Shown piece by piece: positions 14,500-58,370 of a stretch of 64,000 nucleotides of DNA (its first letter is position 1; each line of letters starts with the position of its first letter). The translations under genes and the position numbers were made by a program. The notes beneath the pieces are model-generated. The model searched no databases and was not told where the DNA came from. It saw only the letters and a program-made list of their open reading frames with translations. The DNA is from Mobula hypostoma (lineage: Eukaryota). Location: assembly GCF_963921235.1 (NCBI RefSeq), contig NC_086107.1, forward strand, positions 114,392,001 through 114,456,000, read 5' to 3'.

Positions 14500-14900
14500 A
14501 GACCTGGGGGAACGTGGGGGAGAGGGAGATGGGGAACGTGGGGGAGAGAGAGATGGGGAACGTGGGGGAGAGAGAGATGGGTAATGTGGGGGAGAGAGAG
14601 GGGGGAACGTGGGGGAGAGAGAGATGGGGAACGTGGGGGAGAGGAATGGGGAACGTGGGGGAGAGGAATGGGGGAACGTGGGGGAGAGAGAGATGGGGAA
14701 CGTGGGGGAGAGAGAAATGGGGAACGTGGGGGAGAGGAATGGGGGAAAGTGGGGGAGAGAGAGATGGGAAACGTGGGGGAGAGGAATGGGGGAACGTGGG
14801 GGAGAGGAATGGGGGAACGTGGGGGAGAGAGAGATGGGAGAACGTGGGGGGAGCAATGGGGGTATGTTGGGGGAGAGGGAGAACGTGGGGAGAGAGGGAA
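14500..14900. repeat. GGGGAACGTGGGGGAGAG minisatellite
   Basis: Visible tandem array. Confidence 0.9.
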
Positions 14901-14993
14901 ACATGGAGAAGAGAGGGAGGACATGGGGGGAGAGGGGGGACATTGCGGGAGGGGAGAATGAGGAAGTAGTGAGAGGGACCAGCAATCCCTTAC

Positions 14994-15300
14994 CATTGGA
15001 GACGGAAGTGGGGGCAGTGGCGCAGAGAATATAGAATTGACCCAGTTCGCCGGTCCTACTGAATTTAACGAAATCAGCGGAATTACCTTTATAAAAAAAA
15101 CAGCAAAAGTTGAACACATCAACTCCAACTAAATGCGAGTGAGAATCTAAATGAATATGTTGAAGATGAAAACGGAAACTTCGTGACGTACTGAGAGCTG
15201 GAAGCTTCCTGTGGTTCGGGTGCTGTCGTTTCGCTCGGCAGTATCGCTGCTGTTGGCTGTGCGGCGGCAGACCTTTAATAGTATCTTTACCGAATTTCGG
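14994..15300 (-). promoter_or_regulatory. Probable HSD3B7 noncoding first exon and promoter
   Basis: Consensus donor ATG|GTAAGG ending at 14994; CpG-containing unique DNA with CGGAAGTG (ETS-like) and a TGACG half-CRE. Confidence 0.5.
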
Positions 15301-15359
15301 ACATTTTCTCTTCTTCAAACACCACCCACCCCCCCAACCCGAATCGAAGAGGGGAGAAG

Positions 15360-16190
15360 AATTCCATAAGACCACAGGACATAACAGTAGAAGTAATGGG
15401 CCATTCGGCCCATCGAGCTGCTCCGCCATTCCATCATGGCTGATTTACTATCCCTCTCAACTCCACCTCTTGTTTTCTCTCTGTAACCTTTGACGCCTTG
15501 ATTAATCAAGAACCTATCTACCTCCACTCTAAAGATACTCAATACTTGGCCTCCACTGCTGCCAGTAGCAATGAATTCCACAGATTCACCACCTCCCGAA
15601 TAAAGAAATTCCTCCTCATCTCTGTTCTGAAGGAACGGCCCTCAATCCCGATGCTCTGTCCTCTGGTCCTAGACTCTCCCATTATAGGAAACATCCTCTC
15701 CAAACCCACACTGTCTCGGCTTTTCAATATTTGAAAGGATTCAATGTGATGCCCCCTCACTCTTCTAAATTCCAACGAGTGCAGGCCCAGAGACATCAAA
15801 CACTCCTCAAACGTTAACCCTTTAATTCCTGGAATTATTCTCGTGAACCTCCTCTGGACCCTCTCCAAAACCAACATATCCTTTCTTAAATAAGGGGCAA
15901 AAAGGCTCACAATATTCCAGGTGTGGTCTGACCAGCGCCTTATTAAGCCTCAGCATCGCATCCTTGCTTGTATATTCTAGTCCTCTCGAAATGAATTGCA
16001 TTGCATTTGCCTTCCCTACCACCACTCAACCTGCAAATTAACCTTCACGCAACTCCCAAGTCCCTTTACACCGCTGATCTTTTAATGTTCTCCCCATTCA
16101 GAAAGTAGTCTTCGCCTTTCTCCCTCAGCAAAATGGACCATACATACAATTCTCTACATTGTATTCTATCTGCCATTTTTTCCCCATCTG
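15360..16190 (-). mobile_element. CR1 3' fragment
   Basis: KALVRPHLEYC, LERVQRRFTRIIPG, VVNLWNSL. Confidence 0.85.
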
Positions 16191-16958
16191 TCTACTAGAT
16201 CACAGACCCCTTGCTTAATGCCGTGGTCCATGGCATTAAAAGGGTTCAGAACCTCTGAAAGGCCTCCAGCAGACTCCTTGCCTCCTCCGGGATGGGTGGG
16301 GTTTTTGATTAGATTGGCTGGTTTCTCGGGACAGTGGGAGGTGTGGACAGAGTCCATGGGGGAGGCTGGTTTCTCGGAAGTGCTGAGCTGTGTCCATAAC
16401 TTTCCGTGGGACTTGCGGTCACACATAAAGCCGTTACCGTACTAGACCGCGATGCACCCGGAAAGAATCCTTCCTAAGGTGATCAACAACATTTCTACCG
16501 GATTCCTCGGACGTAGAAGGTTGAGAGGAGAATTGATAGAGGTATATAGAATTATGAGGGAAAGGTAGACAAACCAAGTCTTTATTCCCAAGAACACAGG
16601 AGAATGGGGGAGGGGCGACCTTCTAGAAGGCTCAGCTTTACAAACATTGTCTTTTCCCCAGGGTAGGGGAGTCCAAAACCAGGGGCATAGGTTTTTGGTG
16701 ATAGGGGAAATTTAAAAGCGGCCTGAGGACTGGCTGAATGGCCACTCTGGTCAGCATGGACTATTGGGGCCTAAAGGCCTGTTGCTCTAAAGCATTGGAG
16801 CCTTACCATTGGCCGAGGGTCCGTGGATCCCAGGTTGGGAATCCTTGCTCTAAAGCTTCACTTTACAGACCTCAGAAGGCCATGTAAATTAGTCTCCAAG
16901 GAAGTTCTCTCACAGTCTACAAAGTAATCCCACTGCCACGCTCTCTCCCCACAACCGC

Positions 16959-18210
16959 ATGTCTCTCAGTCCCTCTCTCTCAGGGGGAGATCTGTACACT
17001 GACCGGTGTCTCTCAGTCCCTCTCTCTCAGGGGGAGATCTGTACACTGACCGGTGTCTCTCAGGGAGATTTGTACACTGACCGGTGTCTCTCAGGGGGAG
17101 ATCTGTATACCGACTCTCTCGCACATATAACTCGGCAAAGATGTGTATACAGTAAACAGGTGCTTCTCCATCCGCTGCACATTTCCTGTTGCAGTTTTGA
17201 ACTATCAGACTTACCGCCGTTGTTTTCTGTTCTGTACGAGGGTGCTGAGGATTTGGAGACAGGCAGTGCGCACCCAGCTAGCTTCTCTTTTCGCCAGTGA
17301 TTCCAAGTCTATCCATCTGAGTGCAAAACGCTCTACTCTCAGACCCCCTTCCATCAACTTTCCGACGCCTCCTCGCACGACTTCCTGCAGCGGATGAGAG
17401 TTCGGGGCGTGAAAGAAACTGTTAGGTCAGCGGATTAGCAAATATCACATTTCATGCATGCTTTCACACAGCTGTCATAGTCTGAGTTCCTCTTTCAATA
17501 TTACACCAATACATTAAAAACAAAGTAAACATATACTAAATCCCTCAGGGGAACACTCACCGGTGTCTCTCAGTCCCTCTGTCTCGGGACGGGAAGGGGT
17601 GAGATCTGTACACTGACAATTTCTCTCAGTCCCTCTCTCTCAGGGGGAGATCTGTACACTGACCGGTGTCTCTCAGTCTCTCTCTCAGGGGGAGATCTGT
17701 ACACTGACCGGTGTCTCTCAGTCCCTCTCTCTCAGGGGGAGATCTGTACACTGACCGGTGTCTCTCAGTCCCTCTCTCTCAGGGGAGATCTGTACACTGA
17801 CCGGTGTCTCTCAGTCCCTCTCTCTCAGGGGGAGATCTGTACACTGACCGGTGTCTCTCAGTCCCTCTCTCTCAGGGGGAGATCTGTACACTGACCGGTG
17901 TCTCTCAGTCCCTCTCTCTCAGGGGAGATCTGTACACTGACCGGTGTCTCTCAGTCCCTCTCTCTCAGGGGGAGATCTGTACACTGACCGGTGTCTCTCA
18001 GTCCCTCTCTCTCAGGGGAGATCTGTACACTGACCGGTGTCTCTCAGTCCCTCTCTCTCAGGGGGAGATCTGTACACTGACCGGTGTCTCTCAGTCCCTC
18101 TCTCTCAGGGGGAGATCTGTACACTGACCGGTGTCTCTCAGTCCCTCTCTCTCAGGGGAGATCTGTACACTGACCGGTGTCTCTCAGTCCCTCTCTCTCG
18201 GGGGGAGATC
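16959..18210. repeat. 46-47 bp minisatellite (CCGGTGTCTCTCAGTCCCTCTCTCTCAGGGGGAGATCTGTACACTGA)n, split by a unique island at 17113-17545
   Basis: Visible array; same unit inverted at 55678-56140. Confidence 0.95.
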
Positions 18211-18420
18211 TGAGGAGATCCCTCGAGTCCCGGTACCAATCTCCTCCGCACGCCTTCCAATCTTAATAGCGCGCTTCCCGCAGCAGGCAGACTAAAACTG
18301 GACACACGCTCCGAGTGCGGCCTTACCAACAACTGCACCCTCCTCTCCTCGGTTCCCTGACTGACGGAGACCAGCGTACCGAACGCCTTCCCCTCTCACT
18401 GCTCCCGTTAACTCGCTGGC
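18210..18420 (-). mobile_element. Decayed CR1 fragment
   Basis: QLLVRPHSERVSSF...LRLEGVRRR. Confidence 0.6.
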
Positions 18421-18659
18421 GAGCCGCCTTTTCACATTTCCCCCCCCCCCCACTTTACCCCAAAGAGTGGTCCAGTCTTGTTCAGCAATCAACCCGTTGC
18501 GACTAAGATGTCATTAAACTGATAAGAGGGGCCGAGGAGGAATTATCAGTTGGCGGGACTGGGGAGGCAGAGTTATGGCGAGAGGATGGACTGGGTCGGC
18601 TTCATTCTTTGGAGCGCAGGAGACTATAATATGGCTCATATTTATTTATTTAGCTCTTC

Positions 18660-18842
18660 GTACTTCTTTTCGCTGAGGATAGATCTTTATGGGCTTGGCC
18701 GTGTGTTCGGGGTCATTGTCTGGCTACAGAATGAAGTTGGGACCGATCGGACATCTCCCCGATGGTATTGTGTGGGGGTTGAGAATCTGCTTGTACCTCT
18801 CAGCATTGAGGGTTCCGTTCATCCTGACCAGATCACCAACTC
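18660..18842 (-). mobile_element. Tc1/mariner transposase fragment (DDE middle region)
   Basis: VGDLVRMNGTLNAERYKQIL...PSGRCPIGPNFIL*PDNDPEHTAK resembles the Tc1 F.FQ.DNDPKHT motif. Confidence 0.8.
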
Positions 18843-18869
18843 GACTTGAACACGCACAACCCCGAATCT

Positions 18870-19184
18870 TAAACACAAAATAATCTGCAGGCGCTGGGGT
18901 CAAAGCAACACTCACAACACGCTGGAGGAACTCAGCAGGTCGGGCAGCATCCGTGGAAACGATCGGTCGACCTTTCGGGCCGGAACCCTTCGTCAGCCCC
19001 GAATCTGCAGGGAACCTCCGCCGTGTTTCACTCATCCCCGTCGCGCTCTCCGGCTCTTCTACAAGGGGTTCTGGCCCGAAATATCGACCGATCGTTTCCA
19101 CAGATGCGGCCCGACCTGCTGAGTTCCTCCAGCGTGTTGTGAGTGTTGCTTTGACCCCAGCATCTGCAGAGTATTTTGTGTTTA
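18870..19184. mobile_element. Penelope-derived palindromic element (~125-bp inverted arms)
   Basis: Arms 18870-18996 and ~19059-19184 are near-perfect reverse complements and contain a hammerhead-like core. Confidence 0.75.
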
Positions 19185-19189
19185 CTATA

Positions 19190-19380
19190 GATAAACTACC
19201 TCCCGTTTGAGCCAAAATTTTCAGATTTTGTCCAGAACACTTGCTATCAAAAATCTATTCATCCCAAGTGGAAACAAAGCCAAGAAACTTGCCGACGCAC
19301 GAAAACACAAGGGCCGAGGCGCTGAACATGGCAGCAACTGCTTTCATCTGAAAAAGGTCAAATTTTGACATGTTGGGGCT
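19190..19380 (+). mobile_element. Tc1 transposase fragment (region before the first catalytic D)
   Basis: GNKAKKLADARKHKG.GAEH(W)QQLL...SNFDMLG, frameshifted, resembles KRLA.ARKH..W...W..VL..DESKF..FG. Confidence 0.6.
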
Positions 19381-22110
19381 ATGCAACATACACAAGATTC
19401 AGCAGGCTAGGCAGCGGTATTGCAAAAAAATACAGGCGACGTTTCGGGCCGAAACCCTTCGGCAGAACCGAAGGAAAAAAAGCTGAGGAGTAGATTTGAA
19501 AGGTGGGGGTGGGTTTGGGAGGGCAGGGGAGAGAGGAACACCAGGCGATAGCTGAAACTTACCGGCATGGGAATGGGAAGTGGAATTAAAATGGGTGGCC
19601 ACCGGGAGTAGGTTCTCGGCGAAACATTTTCTCAATATCTCTGTCGGGTCTCACCGACGTGCAGGAGGTCTCACCGGACAACCAACAGACTCACGGGTGA
19701 AGTGTCGCCTCACCTGGAAAGGACTGTCTGAGACCCTGAGTGGCGGTGAGGGAGGGGACGCAGCACTTGTTCCATTTGCAAGGATGAGTGCCGGGCGGGA
19801 GATCAGCGGGGAGGGACGGACGGGCAGGGGAGTCGCGTAGGGAGCGGTCCCTGCGGAAAGCAGGAAGTGCGGGGGTGGCGAGGGAAAGATGTACTTGGTG
19901 GTGGGGGAAGTTTCGGAGAATTATGTGCCCACCAGCCTCCGCGTCCGGCGTATAATTCTCACCCTACCTCCTTTCCTGCCCGTCGCCTCCTCTTTCTTTC
20001 TGCCGTAACCTTCTGACTGTAAAAGCTTTTATAGATATGTAAAAAGGAAAAGACTGATAAAGACAAATGTAGGTCCCCTGCAAACAGAAACAGGTGAATT
20101 GATTATGGGGAGCAAGGACATGGCAGACCAATTGAATAATTACTTTGGTTCTGTCTTCACTAAGGAGGACATAAATAATCTTCCAGAAATAGTAAGGGAC
20201 AGAGGGTCCAGTGAGATGGAGGAACTGAGCGAAATACATGTTAGTAGGGAAGTGGTGTTAGGTAAATTGAAGGGATTGAAGGCAGATAAATCCCCAGGGC
20301 CAGATGGTCTGCATCCCAGAGTGCTTAAGGAAGTGGCCCAAGAAATAGTGGATGCATTAGTGATAATTTTTCAAAACTCGTTAGATTCTGGACTAGTTCC
20401 TGAGGATTGGAGGGTGGCTAATGTAACCCCACTTTTTAAAAAAGGAGGGAGAGAGAAACCGGGGAATTATAGGCCGGTTAGCCTAACGTCGGTGGTGGGG
20501 AAACTGCTGGAGTCAGTTATCAAGGATGTGATAACAGCACATTTGGAAAGCGGTGAAATGATCGGACAAAGTCAGCATGGATTTGTGAAAGGAAAATCAT
20601 GTCTGACGAATCTCATAGAATTTTTTGAGGATGTAACTAGTAGAGTGGATAGGGGAGAACCAGTGGATGTGGTATATTTGGATTTTCAAAAGGCTTTTGA
20701 CAAGGTCCCACATAGGAGATTAGTGTGCAAACTTAAAGCACACGGTATTGGGGGTAAGGTATTGGTGTGGGTGGAGAATTGGTTAGCAGACAGGAAGCAA
20801 AGAGTGGGAATAAACGGGACCTTTTCAGAATGGCAGGCGGTGACTAGTGGGGTACCGCAAGGCTCAGTGCTGGGACCCCAGTTGTTTACAATATATATTA
20901 ATGACTTGGATGAGGGAATTAAATGCAGCATCTCCAAGTTTGCGGATGACACGAAGCTGGGTGGCAGTGTTAGCAGTGAGGAGGATGCTAAGAGGATGCA
21001 GGGTGACTTGGATAGGTTGGGTGAGTGGGCAAACTCATGGCAGATGCAATTTAATGTGGATAAATGTGAAGTTATCCACTTTGGTGGCAAAAATAGGAAA
21101 ACAGATTATTATCTGAATGGTGGCCGATTAGGAAAAGGGGAGGTGCAACGAGACCTGGGTGTCATTATACACCAGTCATTGAAAGTGGGCATGCAGGTAC
21201 AGCAGGCGGTGAAAAAGGCGAACGGTATGCTGGCATTTATAGCGAGAGGATTCGAGTACAGGAGCAGGGAGGTACTACTGCAGTTGTACAAGGCCTTGGT
21301 GAGACCACACCTGGAGTATTGTGTGCAGTTTTGGTCCCCTAATCTGAGGAAAGACATCTTTGCCATAGAGGGAGTACAAAGAAGGTTCACCAGATTGATT
21401 CCTGGGATGGCAGGTCTTTCATATGAAGAAAGACTGGATGAACTGGGCTTGTACTCGTTGGAATTTAGAAGATTGAGGGGGGATCTGATTGAAACGTATA
21501 AGATCCTAAAGGGATTGGACAGGCTAGATGCAGGAAGATTGTTCCCGATGTTGGGGAGGTCTAGAACGAGGGGTCACAGTTTGAGGATAGAGGGGAAGCC
21601 TTTTAGGACCGAGGTTAGGAAAAACTTCTTCACACAGAGAGTGGTGAATCTGTGGAATTCTCTGCCACAGCAAACTGTTGAGGCCAGTTCATTAGCTATG
21701 TTTAAAAGGAAGTTAGATATGGCCCTTGTGGCTACAGGGGTCAGGGGGTATGGAGGGAAGGCTGGGTTCTGAGTTGGATGATCAGCCATGATCATAATAA
21801 ATGGCGGTGCAGGCTCGAAGGGCCGAATGGCCTACTCCTGCACCTATTTTCTATGTTTCTATGTTTCTATGTCTCTCACCAATCACCTTCCCAGCTCTTC
21901 GCTTCACCTGTCACTTACCGTCTCCCTCTTCCTTTGTCTCCCCACCCCTTCCAAATCTGCTCCTCAGCATTTTTTCTCCAGTCCTGCCGTGGGGTTTCGG
22001 CCCGAAACTTCTACTTTTTCCATAGACGCTGCCTGGCCTGTTGAGTTCCTGCAGCATTTCGTGTCTGTTGCTCGGATTTCCAGCGCCCACAGTTTTCTCT
22101 GGTTTCTGAC
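19380..22110. mobile_element. Penelope-like element in inverted arrangement (GIY-YIG remnant on - strand 19400-19920; + strand terminal repeat 19930-20013 plus 21872-22110), interrupted by CR1
   Basis: Minus strand FQVRRHFT...GETR...FAE...LPVATHFNSTSHSH; terminal repeats carry hammerhead-like cores at both ends. Confidence 0.75.
20014..21871 (+). mobile_element. Young 5'-truncated CR1 LINE with uninterrupted RT ORF (20099-21772)
   Basis: KSPGPDG, YRPVSL, DFQKAFD, GVPQGSVLGP, FADD; 3' tail (TTTCTATG)3. Confidence 0.95.
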
Positions 22111-22639
22111 TGCGTTGCTATTTCGCTTTTCACTGGGTATTTCACCCTTGTGACCTCCAGTAATTCTTTCTGTCTTATTACCGGTAAACAACGCTTTTCA
22201 CGACATGTATCAGCGATTAACAAGCAGACTGTGATTCTGCAGGTGGTCCTGTTTTGACTTCAACTTTCAGATTTCCACTGTAAGCTGTCATTTGACCCTC
22301 GTACCAGTTGCTGCACCGGGCGAGCTGGAGCCGGCCAGTGTGGCTGGGGTGTCAGGAGGCAGAGGTAGAGGGTGGAGGCTCAGAGATATGGCCTCGCTCT
22401 GAGGGTTGGAAGCGGGTGGTACCTGGATCAGTAGTCGGCGGGTAAAGAGGGATCAGAATGGAGAGGTACTGTACTGTATCTGAGATACCTCACTTCCCCC
22501 TCCGTGATCCCCATCCTCCCTCCCTACACATCCTCTCCATCTGTTAATCCCTCACTCCCTGTCTATGACCCCCACCCTGCACGTCTCCATCACCCAATCC
22601 CTCCCCTGCACCTTTCCGTCTCTGTCACACTCTCCCTCC

Positions 22640-23110
22640 CCTAAGCCCACCTCCATCACCCCCTCCCTACCCCACACCCCTCCCTGTCTCCAACACCCCT
22701 CCCTACCCCACACCCCTCCCTGTCTCCATCACCCCTCCCTACCCTCCACCGCTCCCCATCTCCATCACCCGCTCCCTACCTCGCACCCCTCCCCATTTCC
22801 ATCAACCCCCTCCCTACCCCACACCCCTCCCTGTCTCCATCACCCCTCCCTACCCTCCACCGCTCCCCATCTCCATCACCCGCTCCCTACCTCGCACCCC
22901 TCCCCATTTCCATCACCCCCCTCCCTACCTCGCACCCCTCCCTGTCTCCATCACCCCTCCCTACCCTCCACCTCTCCCCATCTCCATCACCCACTCCCCA
23001 CCTCACACCCCTCCCCATCTCCATCACCCCTCCCTACCTCACACCCCTCCCCATCTCCATCACCCCTCCCTACCTCACACCCCTCCCCATCTCCATCACC
23101 CCCTCCCTCT
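22640..23110. repeat. Pyrimidine-rich minisatellite (CTCCATCACCCCTCCCTACC..)n
   Basis: Visible array. Confidence 0.85.
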
Positions 23111-23260
23111 CCATCTGTGTCACTGTAACTCTCCTGCCACTGCTGCCATCATACGGGAGACCACCTTTGAAACCTCACTCCTGCCACACCCACCTTCTGA
23201 CGAGCCAGATATGTGGAGATGACTGGCTGAGGGAACGTGGACCCAATATACCTCCAAACT

Positions 23261-23266
23261 TTTATT
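23261..23266 (-). terminator. Candidate SETD1A polyadenylation signal AATAAA (3' UTR ~2.4 kb)
   Basis: AATAAA on the minus strand at the end of a U-rich stretch containing TGTA motifs. Confidence 0.55.
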
Positions 23267-24204
23267 TTTCAACTCTCGAGCTGGTAAAGCTTCAAAAAAA
23301 ATTCAACGTTTTTGTTTTTAATCCAAAAAAGAAAGGCCCACACATATGTACAGTCATAGTAATGAATGGATAATTCAATATGTACATAACAAACAACTCG
23401 TTTCCACAAGAAACGATCTTGGCATTTAAAAGCCTGTTTAGTTGTTTTCCCCGAGTTCCCATCTACAATATTTTACATCCTGTGTTTTTGTTGCTTTGAT
23501 TTTGCCCTCATTGCTGCAGAGAGACAGAGGGAGAGACAGAGAGGGACAGGGACAGAGAGAGGGGGAGAGGGAGGGAGGGGGAGAGAAAGGAAGAGGGAGG
23601 AAGAGGGAGAGTTTTTCTCTCTCCCTCCCACCGCCCACCAGCAGGTTTCTGGGCTAAGCCCTCCCTGAATATCTCGTTGTGCAGCCCCCACCTATGCGCT
23701 CTCCCAGAATGGTGGAGAGAGACGGTGGGTGATGTACACCCTCCCCTCCCTGTACCCCACCCCCGGTCAAATGGAAGGGGATTCGGAGAAAAGGCACAGA
23801 GGCTTCTTGGCATTGGGGTGAGAGAGGTTTGGGGCCAAGAAGCAGGCACTGGAGTTTGGAGTGAATCTTCCTGCATACCTTGTCTTGTGAGGAGGGTCGG
23901 AGGGAGTGTGAGGAGATGGGATGGGGGTGTCGATGGGGAGCAGAACGGTGAAGGGTGTGACGGGAAAGGAGGGGTTGAGGGGCGTGTGTGGAGGAGGGGA
24001 GGGGAAGGAAGGAAGTGGGTGGAGTGGTGGGGGTGAGGGCAAGGGAATGTAGGCGATGGTAAGAAGAGGGGACGAGAGGAAGAGGAGGGGCTTGAGGGGA
24101 AGTGGGTGTGGGGGGTGAGGGAGAGGAGGTCAGGTAGGGATGAAGGCGAGTGGGAGGTGAGGGGGTGGTGGTGTGGGGGAGGAGGGAGAAGAGGGGAGGT
24201 GATA

Positions 24205-24445
24205 ATGGGGGACGAGGGAGTGGGAGACAAGACAGGGAGATGAGAACGGGGACGAGGAAGTGGGAGACAAAACAGGGAGATGAGAACGGGGGACGAGGGA
24301 GTGAGAGACAAGACAGGGAGATGAGAACGGGGGACGAGGGAGTGGGAGACAAAACAGGGAGATGAGAACGGGGGACGAGGGAGTGGGAGACAAAACAGGG
24401 AGATGAGAACGGGGGACGAGGGAGTGGGAGACAAAACAGGGAGAT
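24205..24445. repeat. ~40-bp minisatellite in the putative SETD1A 3' UTR
   Basis: GGGGGACGAGGGAGTGGGAGACAAAACAGGGAGATGAGAAC units. Confidence 0.9.
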
Positions 24446-25656
24446 GAGGAGATGGGGTGGGGAGCTGGATGAGACCAGGGGAGGAGGAAGATCTGGTGAA
24501 GGGATGGGGGTGCATTGGGGAAAACAGAGGAGTGGGAGGCATGGTTCAGCAGACAGAGGCTGCAGTCACTGGTTGGTAATGAAGGCGGCGGTCGATGGAT
24601 GTTGCGGGGGGAAGGCGAAAGTCAGAGGACCAGGGGCCGCGGCCATTGGATGTTTTGAGCACTTGCCCTTCCACCGCCCAGACACAAGGTGGCGCTGCGG
24701 AGCGGCTGCCGGCCGTGCTCAGCAGCCCCACCTGGTGACCGACGCGACGCAGTGCAGGCATCCCTCCCCTCAGCAGCATTCCTTTAAACGGCTACATTCT
24801 CCATCTTCTTAAAAGGGTAACGAATGCCGATGGGGACCACTGCAGCTTTTGCCACTATTCTCGCCCAGATCGCCCACGCAATGAGCATACCTTGCAGCTG
24901 CAGTGGGAAAACGTTAGCTGTCCTAGAGCTTCCTTGCCCCATGGCCTTCTCCACCCCACTTTGGAGGACAGTAGGTAGGGTGAGGTGGGATGGGGCAACC
25001 TGTTTGAAATCAGGAGATCAAGACTGGAGGTAAATACACGGTCCTAGGAGGAGGGGAACAGATACACATGATTTCCCCACTGCAGCATCAAGCACAATGC
25101 CACCACCGCCTCTGAATGGCAAGATCCCACAGTCCTGTATGCTGTCCCTGCCATCATATACTCCCCAGTTGGATTTAATGCTTATCTGTGATGTATAGGA
25201 CTGGCTGCAACCCACACAGGCAAAAACAAATGCTATACCTTCCCCTTTAAGAGCATCGCAGAGGACCCCAACAAACGCTTGCCAACAGATGGATGTGAGG
25301 TTGGGAGGGAGGGAATGGGATGGAGAAGACGCAGGGGATGGGAGAAAAGGGGGGTCAGAAGAAGAGGCAGGGAATGCCTTTGGAGTACCGGGTGCACATT
25401 TGGAGCAGGAGGGTTGGATCTGTATGGCTGGTGCTGTTCTCTTCTGAACGATCAGTGCAAAAAGAATTAAAACTTAAATTAAACGATCCAAATACTGTAC
25501 TGTCCCTTATGCAGGGGAGAGGGAGGGCTGGGAGCGAGGAAAAGATGGTGAGAGAGAGAAGAGGGGAGACAAGGGGAGAGGGAGAGAGGAAGGGGGGCAG
25601 AGAGAGAAGGGCTGGGGGGTGGGAGAAGAGAAACTCAGCCCAAGCAAACAGCTCCC

Positions 25657-56783
<31,127 letters not shown>

Positions 56784-56959
56784 CTTACTCTGCGGGAGGA
56801 AGGAACAACTGAAGGTCAGCCCGGGAACGAGGCGGCAGCGAAGGGCCGGCAGTGAACCATTCTCCCCTCCCTCCCTCCCTCTCCTTCCCATGCCTGCACA
56901 ATCGAGAGCACAGGACCGAAAGGTTGTTGGTGCCGTGGCCAGTGCAGAGGATTAGCGTA

Positions 56960-58370
56960 GGTTACAATGGGACACTGGCAGGATGCAAAGCTGGGAGGAG
57001 AAGTGGCGGATGGAGTTCAACCTGAAAAAGTGTGAGGCGAGGCGATCCACTTTGGAAAGGAGAATGGAGGATTAATGACAGGATTCCTGGCAGAGTGAAG
57101 ACACAGAGAGAACAGGCACGCCCTCCTCCCATTGCTACCGTCACGGAGGAGATACAGGAGCCTGAAGACAATGACTCAGGAACAGCCTCTTCCCCTCTGC
57201 CATCACATTTCCAAATGGACACTGAAGACATGAACACTAGCTCGCTAACTTTTCCCCACTTTTTGCACGCCTTGTTTAATTTAACTTTTTAAATACTTAC
57301 ATATATTTACTTCTTACTGTAACGCACAGCTTTTATTAAGTATTGCATTGTACTGCCACTGCATGAGAAAGAATTTCATGACATACACCAATGATATTAA
57401 ACCTGATTCTAGTTCTTGGGGTCCACGTGTCTCGAGATCCCTCAAAGTTGCTATGCAAGTTGATGGGTGGTTAAAAATGTGTACAGTGTGCTGGCCTTCG
57501 TTAGTCAGCTGACTGAGTTCAAGAGCCGTGAGGTAATGTTGCAGCTCTATAAAACCCTGGTTAGACCACACTCAGAGTGTTGTGTTCAGTTCTTGTCACC
57601 TCACCATACAAACAGCGTGGAAGCATTAGAGAGGGTGCAGAGGGGATTTACCAGGAGGCTGCGAGGATTAGATCACAGACCATGTCTTATGGGGACAGGC
57701 TGAGAAAGCTCAGACTTTTCCCTTCAGAGTGAAGGAGGATGAGAGAAGATTTCATAGAGGTGTTGAAGATAAGAGACAGGGGTAGAGTGGACAACTCCAA
57801 GAGCACCAAAACCCTGTTGTAGGGTTCGGATGCTTGAGTGCCTCAGTGACCCGGACAGCACGTTGGCTGCAGTCCAAGGGTCAAGGCCAGACTAAGAATG
57901 GTCCACTAGTCCTCCAGTCTCAGGGGCTCAGCTCGGGGATAACAACCCTGACTTGTAAAACAAAACTGTTACAGAAACAGCAATGAAGAACCTTTCTGAG
58001 TGCGATGGTATTCCTGAGTCTCTACCCGGGACTTACGTGACAGGCAGTAGTGAAAACCGAGCTACTGGCACGATGAAGGAAGCCCTGCACACCGCCAGAG
58101 ACGGAGGACCCTCATTGCTGCCCTTAACACCAGCGGTGTAACAGGCAGTAGCCAGTCTTCTCCCCAGGGCGGCAATGGCTGATACAAGAGGGCGTGATTT
58201 TAAATTTACTGGAGGAAAGAGGTAGGTTTTTTTCTATGTACAGACTGCGGGGGGGGGGGGTGTGGAACACACTGCCAGGGATGTTTAAGAGACTCTAGGA
58301 TAGGCACATGAAGGAAAGAAGAGTAGGAAGGCTCTGTGGGTGGGAAGTGTTAGATTGATCCTGGACCACC
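56960..58370 (+). mobile_element. Decayed CR1 with nested insertions
   Basis: KSREVMLQLYKTLVRPHSECCVQF...LERVQRGFTR. Confidence 0.7.
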
